DNA of 64,000 nt from Escherichia coli. Its GTDB lineage: Bacteria; Pseudomonadota; Gammaproteobacteria; Enterobacterales; Enterobacteriaceae. The notes below the pieces were generated by a model that worked only from the letters and a program-made list of their open reading frames with translations, searched no databases and was not told the DNA's origin. Below, piece after piece: positions 35,988 through 43,687 of the stretch. Every line of letters starts with the position of its first letter. Within the stretch, counting starts at the first letter, position 1. The stretch lies in the NCBI RefSeq assembly GCF_024223415.1, contig NZ_CP100500.1. One strand, given 5' to 3'. A program made the position numbers and the translations under genes.

Positions 35988-36308
35988 GTGCAGTTTGCGT
36001 TCGCACTCGATGAAGTATCGGCGGATCTGGCGGCCTTTTTCGTTGCGCTCCACCATCGCCAGTTCTTTGGCCGTGTCGAGGGTGAGGTGGTAGTCCTTAC
36101 AAAGAACATTTTTACGCTTTCCAGTTTTGGAAAACGTTACGATATAATCCTGATTTTCAACGAATTCATAGTCTGCAATTCGTGATGTAATCCACGCTGC
36201 AAACACTTTCCCTACCCCAAGGAATGCGTGCAGATCGCGAGCATTGCAGAGCAGGGTGGTTTCGTTGGCGATAGCGCCGTTGAAAACGGGGATGAGTTGA
36301 GTTGCCAT
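35547..36308 (-). CDS. AntA/KilAC-type antirepressor-like protein with AP2-like C-terminal module
   Basis: ATG at 36308 after GAGGT. N-terminus NARDLHAFLGVGKVFAAWITSRI...LTLDTAKELAMVERNEKGRQIRRYFIECE is ANT/KilAC-like. The C-terminal ~150 aa are shared with the Bro-N protein. Confidence 0.7.
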   Translation of the reverse strand: MATQLIPVFNGAIANETTLLCNARDLHAFLGVGKVFAAWITSRIADYEFVENQDYIVTFSKTGKRKNVLCKDYHLTLDTAKELAMVERNEKGRQIRRYFIECERKLHQQSSTILAPHRECLPKMVYHHRSKYNPYRAYAWNGEKSVYVGCYPTVDEAVAAQERFYRNGSTKRIQKTQTEVTDAEKEMFINNLRAVCHNFRRINEIWRAQLMPALEKMDSKLVYQLHDRFSDSMCILPTIEDRIGRYIPPALPR

Positions 36309-36470
36309 CACAGTTACCTCTAACGGTGAAATTCACCGCCACCACTGAGTTGCAAATCTCATATGGGTGGCGAACTGACGAGGTTTGCAATACCGGCGTT
36401 AGAGGAAACCGGCGCGCCGAAGCGCCCCCGCCAGCCCGCCATAATGCGAACGTGGCAAAGCTTGCGACAA

Positions 36471-36492
36471 TAAAAAAGACGCTGGCGCGTCT
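36471..36492 (-). terminator. rho-independent terminator inside the noncoding island
   Basis: agacgc/gcgtct stem followed by T6 on the minus strand. Confidence 0.6.
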
Positions 36493-36651
36493 GGTGTCGC
36501 CCCTAACAATTCCGGGTTGCAAATCCCGATCTCCATTTGGGAGATTCGGTGAGCATAAACCGGAAGGGGGCGATGAGTCAATATCGGGGTAGCAGGGCGA
36601 CTGGGTGCTAACCAGAACAATACAGGTAGCTCCGGGCATATTCCCCTTTGC

Positions 36652-36679
36652 AAAAACACCCGGCGTTTAACCGGGCGTC
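36652..36679 (-). terminator. rho-independent terminator after the DUF2815 gene
   Basis: cccgg/ccggg-cored hairpin followed by T5 on the minus strand. Confidence 0.6.
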
Positions 36680-36691
36680 TGTGAAGCAGGA

Positions 36692-37240
36692 TTAAATCAG
36701 TGCTTCAGCATCAGCACCTTCGCTGATATCGTCGAAATCGTCAGCGCTTGCCACTCCGCCGCCAGCGAATGCATCGCCGTCTCGCAGGAACTGGACTCCG
36801 CCGAGTGAGGCATTAATGCGTTTACCGAAATTATTGTCCTGTGCCCAGATATCGATAACGGCGTTTACATAGCACCCTGCATAGGGACGTCCATCAGCCT
36901 GAGTAAGTGGCGAACGATCGCGATCAAGAACAGCCGGGCGCGCTTTGTTAGCAGCATTCAGGAAGAAATTACCGGGGAAACCTTCATACTCTGCTTTTTC
37001 ATCGCCGTCATGCAGGCACAGATTGAGTTTCTTCTCCAGTTGGTTATAAACAGCCTCCCACTTCTCTCCCCATTTTTCCTTTGCGACCTGCTTCATTGCT
37101 TTACGGATTTCTTCCAGTTGTGGGTGTTCGGGAGACATTAAAAATACAGCGGAGAAACGCGGATCGCCTTCGCCGTTTACAGTTTTAGCTTCAAACAGCG
37201 CAGGAAAAGCCAGACGAACATTGTTCAGCTTCAGTTTCAT
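36692..37240 (-). CDS. DUF2815-family phage protein (SSB-like OB fold)
   Basis: The N-terminus MKLKLNNVRLAFPALFEAK and an acidic C-terminal tail (DDFDDISEGADAEALI) are typical of DUF2815 and SSB tails. Confidence 0.7.
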   Translation of the reverse strand: MKLKLNNVRLAFPALFEAKTVNGEGDPRFSAVFLMSPEHPQLEEIRKAMKQVAKEKWGEKWEAVYNQLEKKLNLCLHDGDEKAEYEGFPGNFFLNAANKARPAVLDRDRSPLTQADGRPYAGCYVNAVIDIWAQDNNFGKRINASLGGVQFLRDGDAFAGGGVASADDFDDISEGADAEALI

Positions 37241-37255
37241 TATATGTCTCCTTAA

Positions 37256-38560
37256 TCAGATGAGGTCAGCGGCGAGCGCGTCGTCGGACACGTCATCGAA
37301 ATCATTTACAGGGTTAATATTGAGTGCGGGGCGCGGATCTGAATCAGGAACGACGGTGGGTTTACCGTCCGCTCGTGTTATCAGGGCCTCGACTTTTGGC
37401 CAGCGGCGCGGACTGGCTTTTTTGATGAGTTTTTCTGCTTTGGCAGGGCTAATCAGTTTAAAGTCGAAAACTTCTTCAGTTTTATACCTGAACTGATCCT
37501 TCAGAAGAGCTCGAGCTGCTTCCTCATCACTCCAGGTCCGGTTACCTTGTTTTCCTGTTACCAGTTTAAACCCCGGTACCGTATGCCCGGCATGGAGTTC
37601 ATTGTGAACCCGGTCACGTAGCGCTTTGCAAAAAGACTCAATCAGGTCAACATGGCTGTAAATGTCTGCCAGTTGTTCAGCGGTCAGTAGTGGTACACGC
37701 TTAACGGCATCTGCGAGTTGCTCGCCAACGGGTCTGCTCAGGTCAACGAAGTCGTCCGCAACGGCGTTAAGTCTGGCCTGTGCTTCTGCTGAACACAGCC
37801 CACCTTTTGCTTTACAGAAGAGGCACTGTTTCTCGCCTGGTGTGAAGTTTTCAGGTGGCAGGGTTTCGACGCCTTCGCAATCGGCGATGTTGAACATCAC
37901 GATCACACTGGCGGCAGCTTCCTGCGCCCGTTTGCCGAATGCCTGCAGTTCCTCCACCGTCAGGGACCACTCTGAAACGTGGTTAATCCGCGGCTGGTGG
38001 ATGAACAGGCGCACCGTCTCGAAGTCGTACAGAAGGCTGAACTGCTCGAGCACGCCCAGGGCATACAGCTGCAACTGCTCGTTCTGCTCAGCGTCGACAC
38101 GCACTCCCTTACCGTATTTCAGGTCGTGGATCTGCAGTTCGTTACCCGCGATGATTATGCAGTCGGCAGTTCCGAAAGAGTCTTCCACACCGACGATGTG
38201 GGAGAAGTCTACGCGTTGCTCAACCAGCAGCGTGTTGCCCTGTGCCAGTGACCAGACTGTATCAACATACCGGCCAACGGCTTCGACCATTTCCTCATCC
38301 ACCTGTGGGCCAGATGTATCATCAGGATTTGCGCGAAGGGGGTATGAGCCGAGAAACATAGAAACATTGCATCCGGCGTAGTGTTCCGGGTGACTTTGCC
38401 TGTTTCGCAGGACTTTTTCTGCAAGCGCGTGCGCCGCAGTACCTTCAACAGCAAAGGATGTTTCTTTGTCAGGCTGAGTGGACTCCAGCGCCAGACTGCC
38501 GCTACAACGCATCCATCTGTGGGCGGCTGATGGAGATAATTTTGCATGAACCTCGGGCAT
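37256..38560 (-). CDS. DUF2800-family PD-(D/E)XK (Cas4-like) nuclease
   Basis: The N-terminus [18 protein letters not shown] is the DUF2800 hallmark, with a later D...DLKYGKG nuclease core and a C..C..C cluster. Confidence 0.7.
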   Translation of the reverse strand: MPEVHAKLSPSAAHRWMRCSGSLALESTQPDKETSFAVEGTAAHALAEKVLRNRQSHPEHYAGCNVSMFLGSYPLRANPDDTSGPQVDEEMVEAVGRYVDTVWSLAQGNTLLVEQRVDFSHIVGVEDSFGTADCIIIAGNELQIHDLKYGKGVRVDAEQNEQLQLYALGVLEQFSLLYDFETVRLFIHQPRINHVSEWSLTVEELQAFGKRAQEAAASVIVMFNIADCEGVETLPPENFTPGEKQCLFCKAKGGLCSAEAQARLNAVADDFVDLSRPVGEQLADAVKRVPLLTAEQLADIYSHVDLIESFCKALRDRVHNELHAGHTVPGFKLVTGKQGNRTWSDEEAARALLKDQFRYKTEEVFDFKLISPAKAEKLIKKASPRRWPKVEALITRADGKPTVVPDSDPRPALNINPVNDFDDVSDDALAADLI

Positions 38561-38562
38561 AA

Positions 38563-39486
38563 TTAACCCTCCAGCGCTTTTTCAGCAAGGGCTATCACGT
38601 CTGCGAGTTTATCGTCAGCGACTTCACCGAGTTTTCTGGCTCCCTGTTTTTCCAGAATGGCAATAGCTTCTGCCCGGTAACCGCCTTTTGCAAGCTGGAG
38701 GATCAACCCTTCGGCCTGTTTACGCAGTGCAGCAAAATCGGTCTGTTCGCCAGTATCTTCCACGGCATCACCACCAGTTTCGGTACCGCTTTTTGCTGCG
38801 TCTCTGCGTGCAAATTCTTCCTGCAGCTGAAGGTACTCAACACGGTTGATCTCGATATGGCCTTTTTTCAGCATCTCGTTCAACTTGCGTAAGGTGTGGA
38901 GTTCACTGGCTGCTGTGCCGGATACATTTTTGACGTAAAACGGCCCCGTGCGTTCTCCATCTTTGTTACTGGCCTTTTTCGGCTTAACTTCATCACGCCC
39001 ATCTGCAGGTGCATCAAGTAGCTGCTCGGCAAAAGCACGTCGCTCGCCGATAGTTGGCAGGTCGTCCCAGAACTTAAGAATGTTGCGGGACAGGTCCAGA
39101 AGAGCGGGTTTATGCAGTGCCCTGGCTCGTTTGACGCACTGCAATGTGCTGTCGAGAGCATCAATCTGAACTACTCGTTTATCACCTTCAGCATCACGGT
39201 AAGCAACAGCTCGTTGCAGCATGTCTTCAGTAACAGGGGTAGCTGACGGGTAGAAACCAGCCAGTGCGATAACGTCGCTGAACTCCAGATCATCCAGTGT
39301 CATTACCGCTTTATTTTCAGTTTCATCTGCTGTTTCGGTTGCTGTATCCCGACATTCCTGTACTTGTGAAATGGCGTCAGGATGCATAACAATACCTGAT
39401 GCCATTGTGCGGATAAGACGTTCAAGCAGCACATTATGTTGCGCCAGAAGTTGGTTATTAAGTTCGAGACTGGTTTCTAAGCTCAT
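38563..39486 (-). CDS. hypothetical acidic early protein (307 aa)
   Basis: Tightly packed with neighbouring genes. No motif recognised. Confidence 0.6.
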   Translation of the reverse strand: MSLETSLELNNQLLAQHNVLLERLIRTMASGIVMHPDAISQVQECRDTATETADETENKAVMTLDDLEFSDVIALAGFYPSATPVTEDMLQRAVAYRDAEGDKRVVQIDALDSTLQCVKRARALHKPALLDLSRNILKFWDDLPTIGERRAFAEQLLDAPADGRDEVKPKKASNKDGERTGPFYVKNVSGTAASELHTLRKLNEMLKKGHIEINRVEYLQLQEEFARRDAAKSGTETGGDAVEDTGEQTDFAALRKQAEGLILQLAKGGYRAEAIAILEKQGARKLGEVADDKLADVIALAEKALEG

Positions 39487-39665
39487 ACTGTGGTCCTCGC
39501 TACAAGGAGAATGAAAGTGATGATCAGGCCAAGTGCAGTGGCAACGACCAGACCTGTCATCAAATCGAAGTGTTTACGGCGATAACGGAGAACATCGCGC
39601 CCCGTCAGTCGATGGATGTGTTCAGGTTTCATCGGTTGTATTCCTTTTTTCATATCGGGGAGCAC
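39483..39665 (-). CDS. small tail-anchored membrane protein
   Basis: About 50-60 aa with a C-terminal TM segment (LVVATALGLIITFILLV). Start uncertain (GTG 39665, or ATG 39653 or 39632). Confidence 0.5.
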   Translation of the reverse strand: MLPDMKKGIQPMKPEHIHRLTGRDVLRYRRKHFDLMTGLVVATALGLIITFILLVARTTV

Positions 39666-39748
39666 GCTGTTGCGAGTGCGCTTTCAGACATAAAAAAGCC
39701 CGTCACTTGCGGCGGGCAAAGACTACACACAGCAATTACATGGATGAT

Positions 39749-39943
39749 TCAGTTGGTATTGTGCGTACGTGGTACCACGAGGTTGAAGCGGACACGCCAG
39801 TGCGTTGCAATGGTATGCAGGAAAGCACCACATCTAGGGCAGTGCTCATAACATTCGTTGATTTGGTATCGTTTTGGCTTTGGTGTCTGAAGTTGTGTTT
39901 GGCAAGCAGGGCATTCACCTTTGAGCGGTTTATACGTTTTCAC
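39749..39943 (-). CDS. zinc-ribbon protein (64 aa), first gene of the leftward early operon
   Basis: GTG start after GAGGAA. CPAC...CPRC pairs. Confidence 0.55.
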   Translation of the reverse strand: MKTYKPLKGECPACQTQLQTPKPKRYQINECYEHCPRCGAFLHTIATHWRVRFNLVVPRTHNTN

Positions 39944-40146
39944 GCCGTTTCCTCATTCAGTTCACTTTGGTGGTTCGGCGGCTTCGACTTGTATCAGTAG
40001 ACAGTGCTTCGCCGCACCCCAAAGGGAACTTACTGACCCGTATTGCCGACATCCTGTCCCGCCACGGTCCCGACGCATGGTTTAGAGTCGCGCCGTTCGA
40101 CTTGATGAGGGATAAATTACTATGTTTATTGTATTACGTAAACCAC

Positions 40147-40181
40147 AAATATGGTATTTATGGTTGCAAAAATACCATATT
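40147..40181. promoter_or_regulatory. inverted pair of AAATACCATATT(T) sites (candidate OL operators)
   Basis: aaatatggtattt (40147-40159) and aaataccatatt (40170-40181) are reverse complements. A related AAATACCACATA lies in the cI-cro region. Confidence 0.45.
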
Positions 40182-40266
40182 ATTGATATTTAAGTTAATT
40201 TAGTTGGTAGACAATCGGGGCGGGCGGTATGGCGGGAGGGCTTTTTCGCCCTCTTTCTGGATGGGA

Positions 40267-40890
40267 TTATCTTTTGCGGCGGTAAATACGATGTTCAATC
40301 ATGACCCCTACGATCTGTAAGGGGACATCTGCACTTCGTAGCACGGGATAGTCGGGATTCAGGGGGACCAGTTCAAAATCATCAACGCCGATACCCAACG
40401 GGCGGTATTTTTTGAAAGTGGCCTCATACCCGTTGTTCTTTGCAACGACGAATTCGCCAGGCATGGGGCATAAATCCGGGTCAATTATTACAATATCGCC
40501 TTCCTTAAACTCCGGTTGCATACTGTCACCATCTATCCGCAGGGCGAAGCAGGACTCAGGTACGTCGGAATCCGCGAGAACGTATTCCATATTTCCATCC
40601 ATGTCCGTAGCGTCTTTTGCTTCCGTTAGCGCACCGGCCTGTACGTAACTGAGGATCGGGATGCGGCGGGTACTTATTTCCGCCAGGGGCATTATATTCC
40701 TGCCATTTAAAAGCCAGTCGGGACTGCATTTCAGTGCCTTTGAAAGCTCTATGATGTTGCGGGGCTTCCGGGTCTTTCCGCTTTCAATAGTCTCAATGGA
40801 TTGCTGGCTGACCCCCGCGATTGCTGCAACTTCTGTTTGTGTCATCCCGAGTTCTGTACGGCGTGCTTTAAAGCGTTCTGCAAGTGACAT
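40267..40890 (-). CDS. cI: CI-like repressor (HTH_XRE plus S24 LexA-like peptidase)
   Basis: ATG at 40890 after GGGGG. N-terminal HTH (LGMTQTEVAAIAGVSQQSIETIESG). C-terminal GDSM serine and FKK lysine. Confidence 0.9.
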   Translation of the reverse strand: MSLAERFKARRTELGMTQTEVAAIAGVSQQSIETIESGKTRKPRNIIELSKALKCSPDWLLNGRNIMPLAEISTRRIPILSYVQAGALTEAKDATDMDGNMEYVLADSDVPESCFALRIDGDSMQPEFKEGDIVIIDPDLCPMPGEFVVAKNNGYEATFKKYRPLGIGVDDFELVPLNPDYPVLRSADVPLQIVGVMIEHRIYRRKR

Positions 40891-40928
40891 GGTGTACCCC
40901 CTGATTCCTGATTTTTTGCTCTCCCTTA

Positions 40929-40990
40929 TTAATACAATTTTTGTTGTAGTTGACAAACATCATTTATTGTCGCTAAATACCACATAAATT
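40929..40990. promoter_or_regulatory. divergent cI/cro promoter-operator region
   Basis: Plus strand: TTGACA (40950-40955), 18 nt, TAAATA (40974-40979). Minus strand: TTGTCA, 16 nt, TATTAA. Palindromes TACAAnnnnnnTTGTA and GACAA..TTGTC, plus an AAATACCACATA site. Confidence 0.55.
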
Positions 40991-41006
40991 GTAGGAGACA
41001 ATAATC

Positions 41007-41216
41007 ATGACACTTGCTACCCGAGTAAAAAACCAGCGTAAGGCTCTTGGCCTGACGCAGGTTATGCTGGCAGAACGCACAGGGATTAGCCAGCAGGCCA
41101 TTAACCGCATTGAAAGCGGCCTTATATCCCGTCCCCGTTATCTGCTGGAAATAGCTGTTGCCCTGAACTGCGACCCTAACTGGCTGTTGCATGGTACTCC
41201 CGCGGATAAGACGTAA
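41007..41216 (+). CDS. cro: Cro-like HTH_XRE repressor
   Basis: 69 aa, LGLTQVMLAERTGISQQAINRIESG. Divergent from cI. Confidence 0.85.
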   Translation: MTLATRVKNQRKALGLTQVMLAERTGISQQAINRIESGLISRPRYLLEIAVALNCDPNWLLHGTPADKT

Positions 41217-41219
41217 CTT

Positions 41220-43364
41220 ATGGCCCAGATCAATCTCTCATACGGCCGGGAACTGGTAGACAACCTTCCTGTGCCCTGTACTGATGCCGATTTTAACCGG
41301 ACATTTAAGCGTGTTAAAAAGTGGGCTCGTGCTATCGGCGCAACCAAACAGGATACAAAAAGCCAGCTTAACGCCAAAAAAGCGCGTCTGCCCTACATCT
41401 GGCACGCAATGAAGGACGTCACCAAAGGTCGTAACGCTGCTAATGCGGGCAACCGTGATGTGCTCTTCATGGATATGGACGGCTGTAACGCGCCTGCATG
41501 GGGCGCTTTACGCGATGCGCTGGCCTGTTTCTCATGTTTCACCTATTCAACGCCAAGTCATCTGCACCCCACTGCAAACGGGGAACATCGCTGGCGTATC
41601 TGCCTGGAGCTGAGTCGCCAGGTCACGCCCGAAGAGTACAAGCGTCTTGGCCTTGCGGTTGAAAACTGGCTGATGGATTGTATCAGCCTGCTGGACGATT
41701 ACACCGTCAAGTGGGACCACAGCGTTTACAACCCGGACCATATGGTTTTTGCCCCTGATGAAAAGGCCATCTTTGAACGTTTTACCGGGGAACCTGTTGA
41801 CGTTGATATCCTGTTGGCCAGCGCACCGGAAGTTACCATCCCTGAAAAAGCATCTTCCACAGACCGCGATGATTTGTCACGCGCTGTCGAACTGAACGGC
41901 ATCAGTCAGGAAACTTTTGACGACCTGCGCGAAGTGATGTGGCATCCGGCTGTACTGGCAGACGCTGAGCCGGGTTGCGGTAAATACCATAGCTGGGCGG
42001 CGATGGGAAATCGTCTGGCATGGTTTAAGGGAACCGACTGGGAAGACGCAGCCCGTCAGCTTTGGGTCGACTGGTCGATAGCGGGTGGTGGCGATGGCAT
42101 CAGCGCTGAACATAAATGGGACAGTAACCAGCTTACCGCCGAACGAACCGGTTACCAGGCCATTTTCGCCCATGCGCAGAAAGCAGGGGTCGCTAACCCC
42201 GCGACCGACCGTATGCGCGGTTTTGTCGCCGGTGCGAATGACTTCGACGAGTTGCCACCGGAAAAACCGGAGCTGCCAAAGTCCAGACCGCACACAGGCG
42301 GCTACGGTAAGCCGGGAAAGTTCATCATTGAAGGGATGGTGCCGCACGGGGTGACCATGCTCTATGGAGCTTCGTCATCGTTCAAATCCTATGGCGTTAT
42401 CTCCATGCTCTGCCGTGTGGCGACGAAAACTCATCGCTGGGGCGGGCGTAACCTCAAAGGTGGCGCTGTTCTGTATGTTGCCGCTGAGGGTGGCAGCTCC
42501 GTTATGCCGCGTGTCGGCGCATGGGCGGATAAGTACAATGACGGTAAGCCACTGGATTTGTTCTACACCCTGCCACTGGCGGTTGATCTCTCTGTCCCCG
42601 CAAACGTCACAAAGATGGTAAACGAGATTAAGCGCATAGCGTACCACACCGGCGAACCTGTCCGGCTTGTGGCCGTCGACACGCTGTCGCAGTCCATGAT
42701 GCAGGGCGAGGAAAACAGCGCCAGTGATGTGGCAAAATTCATGGCGGGCGCAACCAGGGTGTTCACCGAAACGGGCGCAGCGGTGATTATCGTTCACCAC
42801 AGCGGCAAAGACAGCAGTAAGGGGATGCGTGGCTCTTCTGCTGCCTTTGCTAACGCCGATGCGGTCATTCGCGTGGAACGCATCGGCGACGCGGTGAACC
42901 TGATTAACGAGAAACAGCGTACCGGTCCGGTACAGCCGACCCGCGGTTACATGGTACCGACAGTGCAGCTTCCTGACGACGTTATCGCGGCTAACGAAAC
43001 GTACGATGATGAGTATACCAGCACTGAAGGGGAAGTATATGACCCTGTAAGGCTTACCACCGAGCGCGTGTTTGAAGATGCACCAATGGCGGAGATCACC
43101 CCACTGCTGGTGGATAAGGGCGACGGGAATACCAAAGGCAGCAGCGATGAATCCTGGGTATGGGAAAAGCTGGAGGCCTCCGGCGGCAGCATCAACCGTT
43201 CTGCGCTTCGCGAGTTATGGAAGGATGAAACCGATAAAAGTACCGGTCAGTTACGTGCGGTTCTGGGGCGCATGAAAGAGAAGTATTACATCGTTGAGCG
43301 CGACGGCGTAATCAGGGATCCGCTATGCAATGGCGTACCACCTGGAGGGGATGAAATTGCTTAA
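41220..43364 (+). CDS. bifunctional primase-polymerase / RepA-like (AAA_25) helicase
   Basis: 714 aa. N-terminal AEP-like motifs (FMDMDG; SHLH). C-terminal RecA-fold with Walker A GASSSFKS, Walker B LVAVDTL and IIVHHSGKD. Confidence 0.75.
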   Translation: MAQINLSYGRELVDNLPVPCTDADFNRTFKRVKKWARAIGATKQDTKSQLNAKKARLPYIWHAMKDVTKGRNAANAGNRDVLFMDMDGCNAPAWGALRDALACFSCFTYSTPSHLHPTANGEHRWRICLELSRQVTPEEYKRLGLAVENWLMDCISLLDDYTVKWDHSVYNPDHMVFAPDEKAIFERFTGEPVDVDILLASAPEVTIPEKASSTDRDDLSRAVELNGISQETFDDLREVMWHPAVLADAEPGCGKYHSWAAMGNRLAWFKGTDWEDAARQLWVDWSIAGGGDGISAEHKWDSNQLTAERTGYQAIFAHAQKAGVANPATDRMRGFVAGANDFDELPPEKPELPKSRPHTGGYGKPGKFIIEGMVPHGVTMLYGASSSFKSYGVISMLCRVATKTHRWGGRNLKGGAVLYVAAEGGSSVMPRVGAWADKYNDGKPLDLFYTLPLAVDLSVPANVTKMVNEIKRIAYHTGEPVRLVAVDTLSQSMMQGEENSASDVAKFMAGATRVFTETGAAVIIVHHSGKDSSKGMRGSSAAFANADAVIRVERIGDAVNLINEKQRTGPVQPTRGYMVPTVQLPDDVIAANETYDDEYTSTEGEVYDPVRLTTERVFEDAPMAEITPLLVDKGDGNTKGSSDESWVWEKLEASGGSINRSALRELWKDETDKSTGQLRAVLGRMKEKYYIVERDGVIRDPLCNGVPPGGDEIA

Positions 43365-43379
43365 TTTTACCAATTTGCA

Positions 43380-43620
43380 GAAAGCTACAAATTTGCATAA
43401 AAATGCAAAAATAAAATATATGCAATTTATTTGCATAAATAGTCAGCGCAACAAAAATTTTAAGCAGCAAGCGCAACACGATGCGCAACAGCGCAACAAA
43501 AAATGTTGCGCCGCTGATTTTAAAGGCTTTTTTAACCGCAACAAGAGCAACACGACGGCTAGCGTAGTGGCGCAACACAATACCCCTCTCCCCCCTTTAG
43601 GGGGGAGGGGTTTGTTGCGC
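43380..43620. repeat. candidate phage replication origin: AT-rich TTGCAT/ATGCAA inverted repeats plus GCGCAACA iterons
   Basis: GCGCAACA at 43446, 43471, 43483, 43491 and 43570. Variants at 43536 and 43546. Inverted TGTTGCGC at 43504 and 43613. G/C hairpin at 43583-43610. Confidence 0.6.
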
Positions 43621-43687
43621 CCGAGCCGTTGCGGTTTTTATTCATTTAAATGCATATGCAATGCTGGTGAATGATAAGGGGGTGCAG

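Noticed and set aside
36166-36659. ORFs 36166..36639 (157 aa), 36302..36592 and 36399..36659 in the noncoding island.
   Set aside because: No RBS. They overlap the AntA/KilAC gene start or span two intrinsic terminators, and their composition is implausible. The region is treated as noncoding.
40130-40200. An attempt to call a leftward early promoter (PL) next to the OL-like sites.
   Set aside because: No hexamer pair with acceptable -35/-10 sequence and spacing could be found on the minus strand by eye (TTGCAA lacks a matching -10, and TACAAT lacks a -35). The promoter is left uncalled.
40225-40253. Hairpin gagggc/gccctc just downstream of cI, considered as the cI terminator.
   Set aside because: On the minus strand it is not followed by a T-run, so it is not convincing as an intrinsic terminator.
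43440-43620. The clustered short repeats could be mistaken for a CRISPR array or a coding region (ORF 43330..43674, 114 aa).
   Set aside because: The repeat unit is only 8 bp with irregular 4-25 bp spacing, and both orientations are present. No cas genes are nearby. The ORF simply reads through the iterons (QRNKK.. low complexity). An origin of replication is the better explanation.
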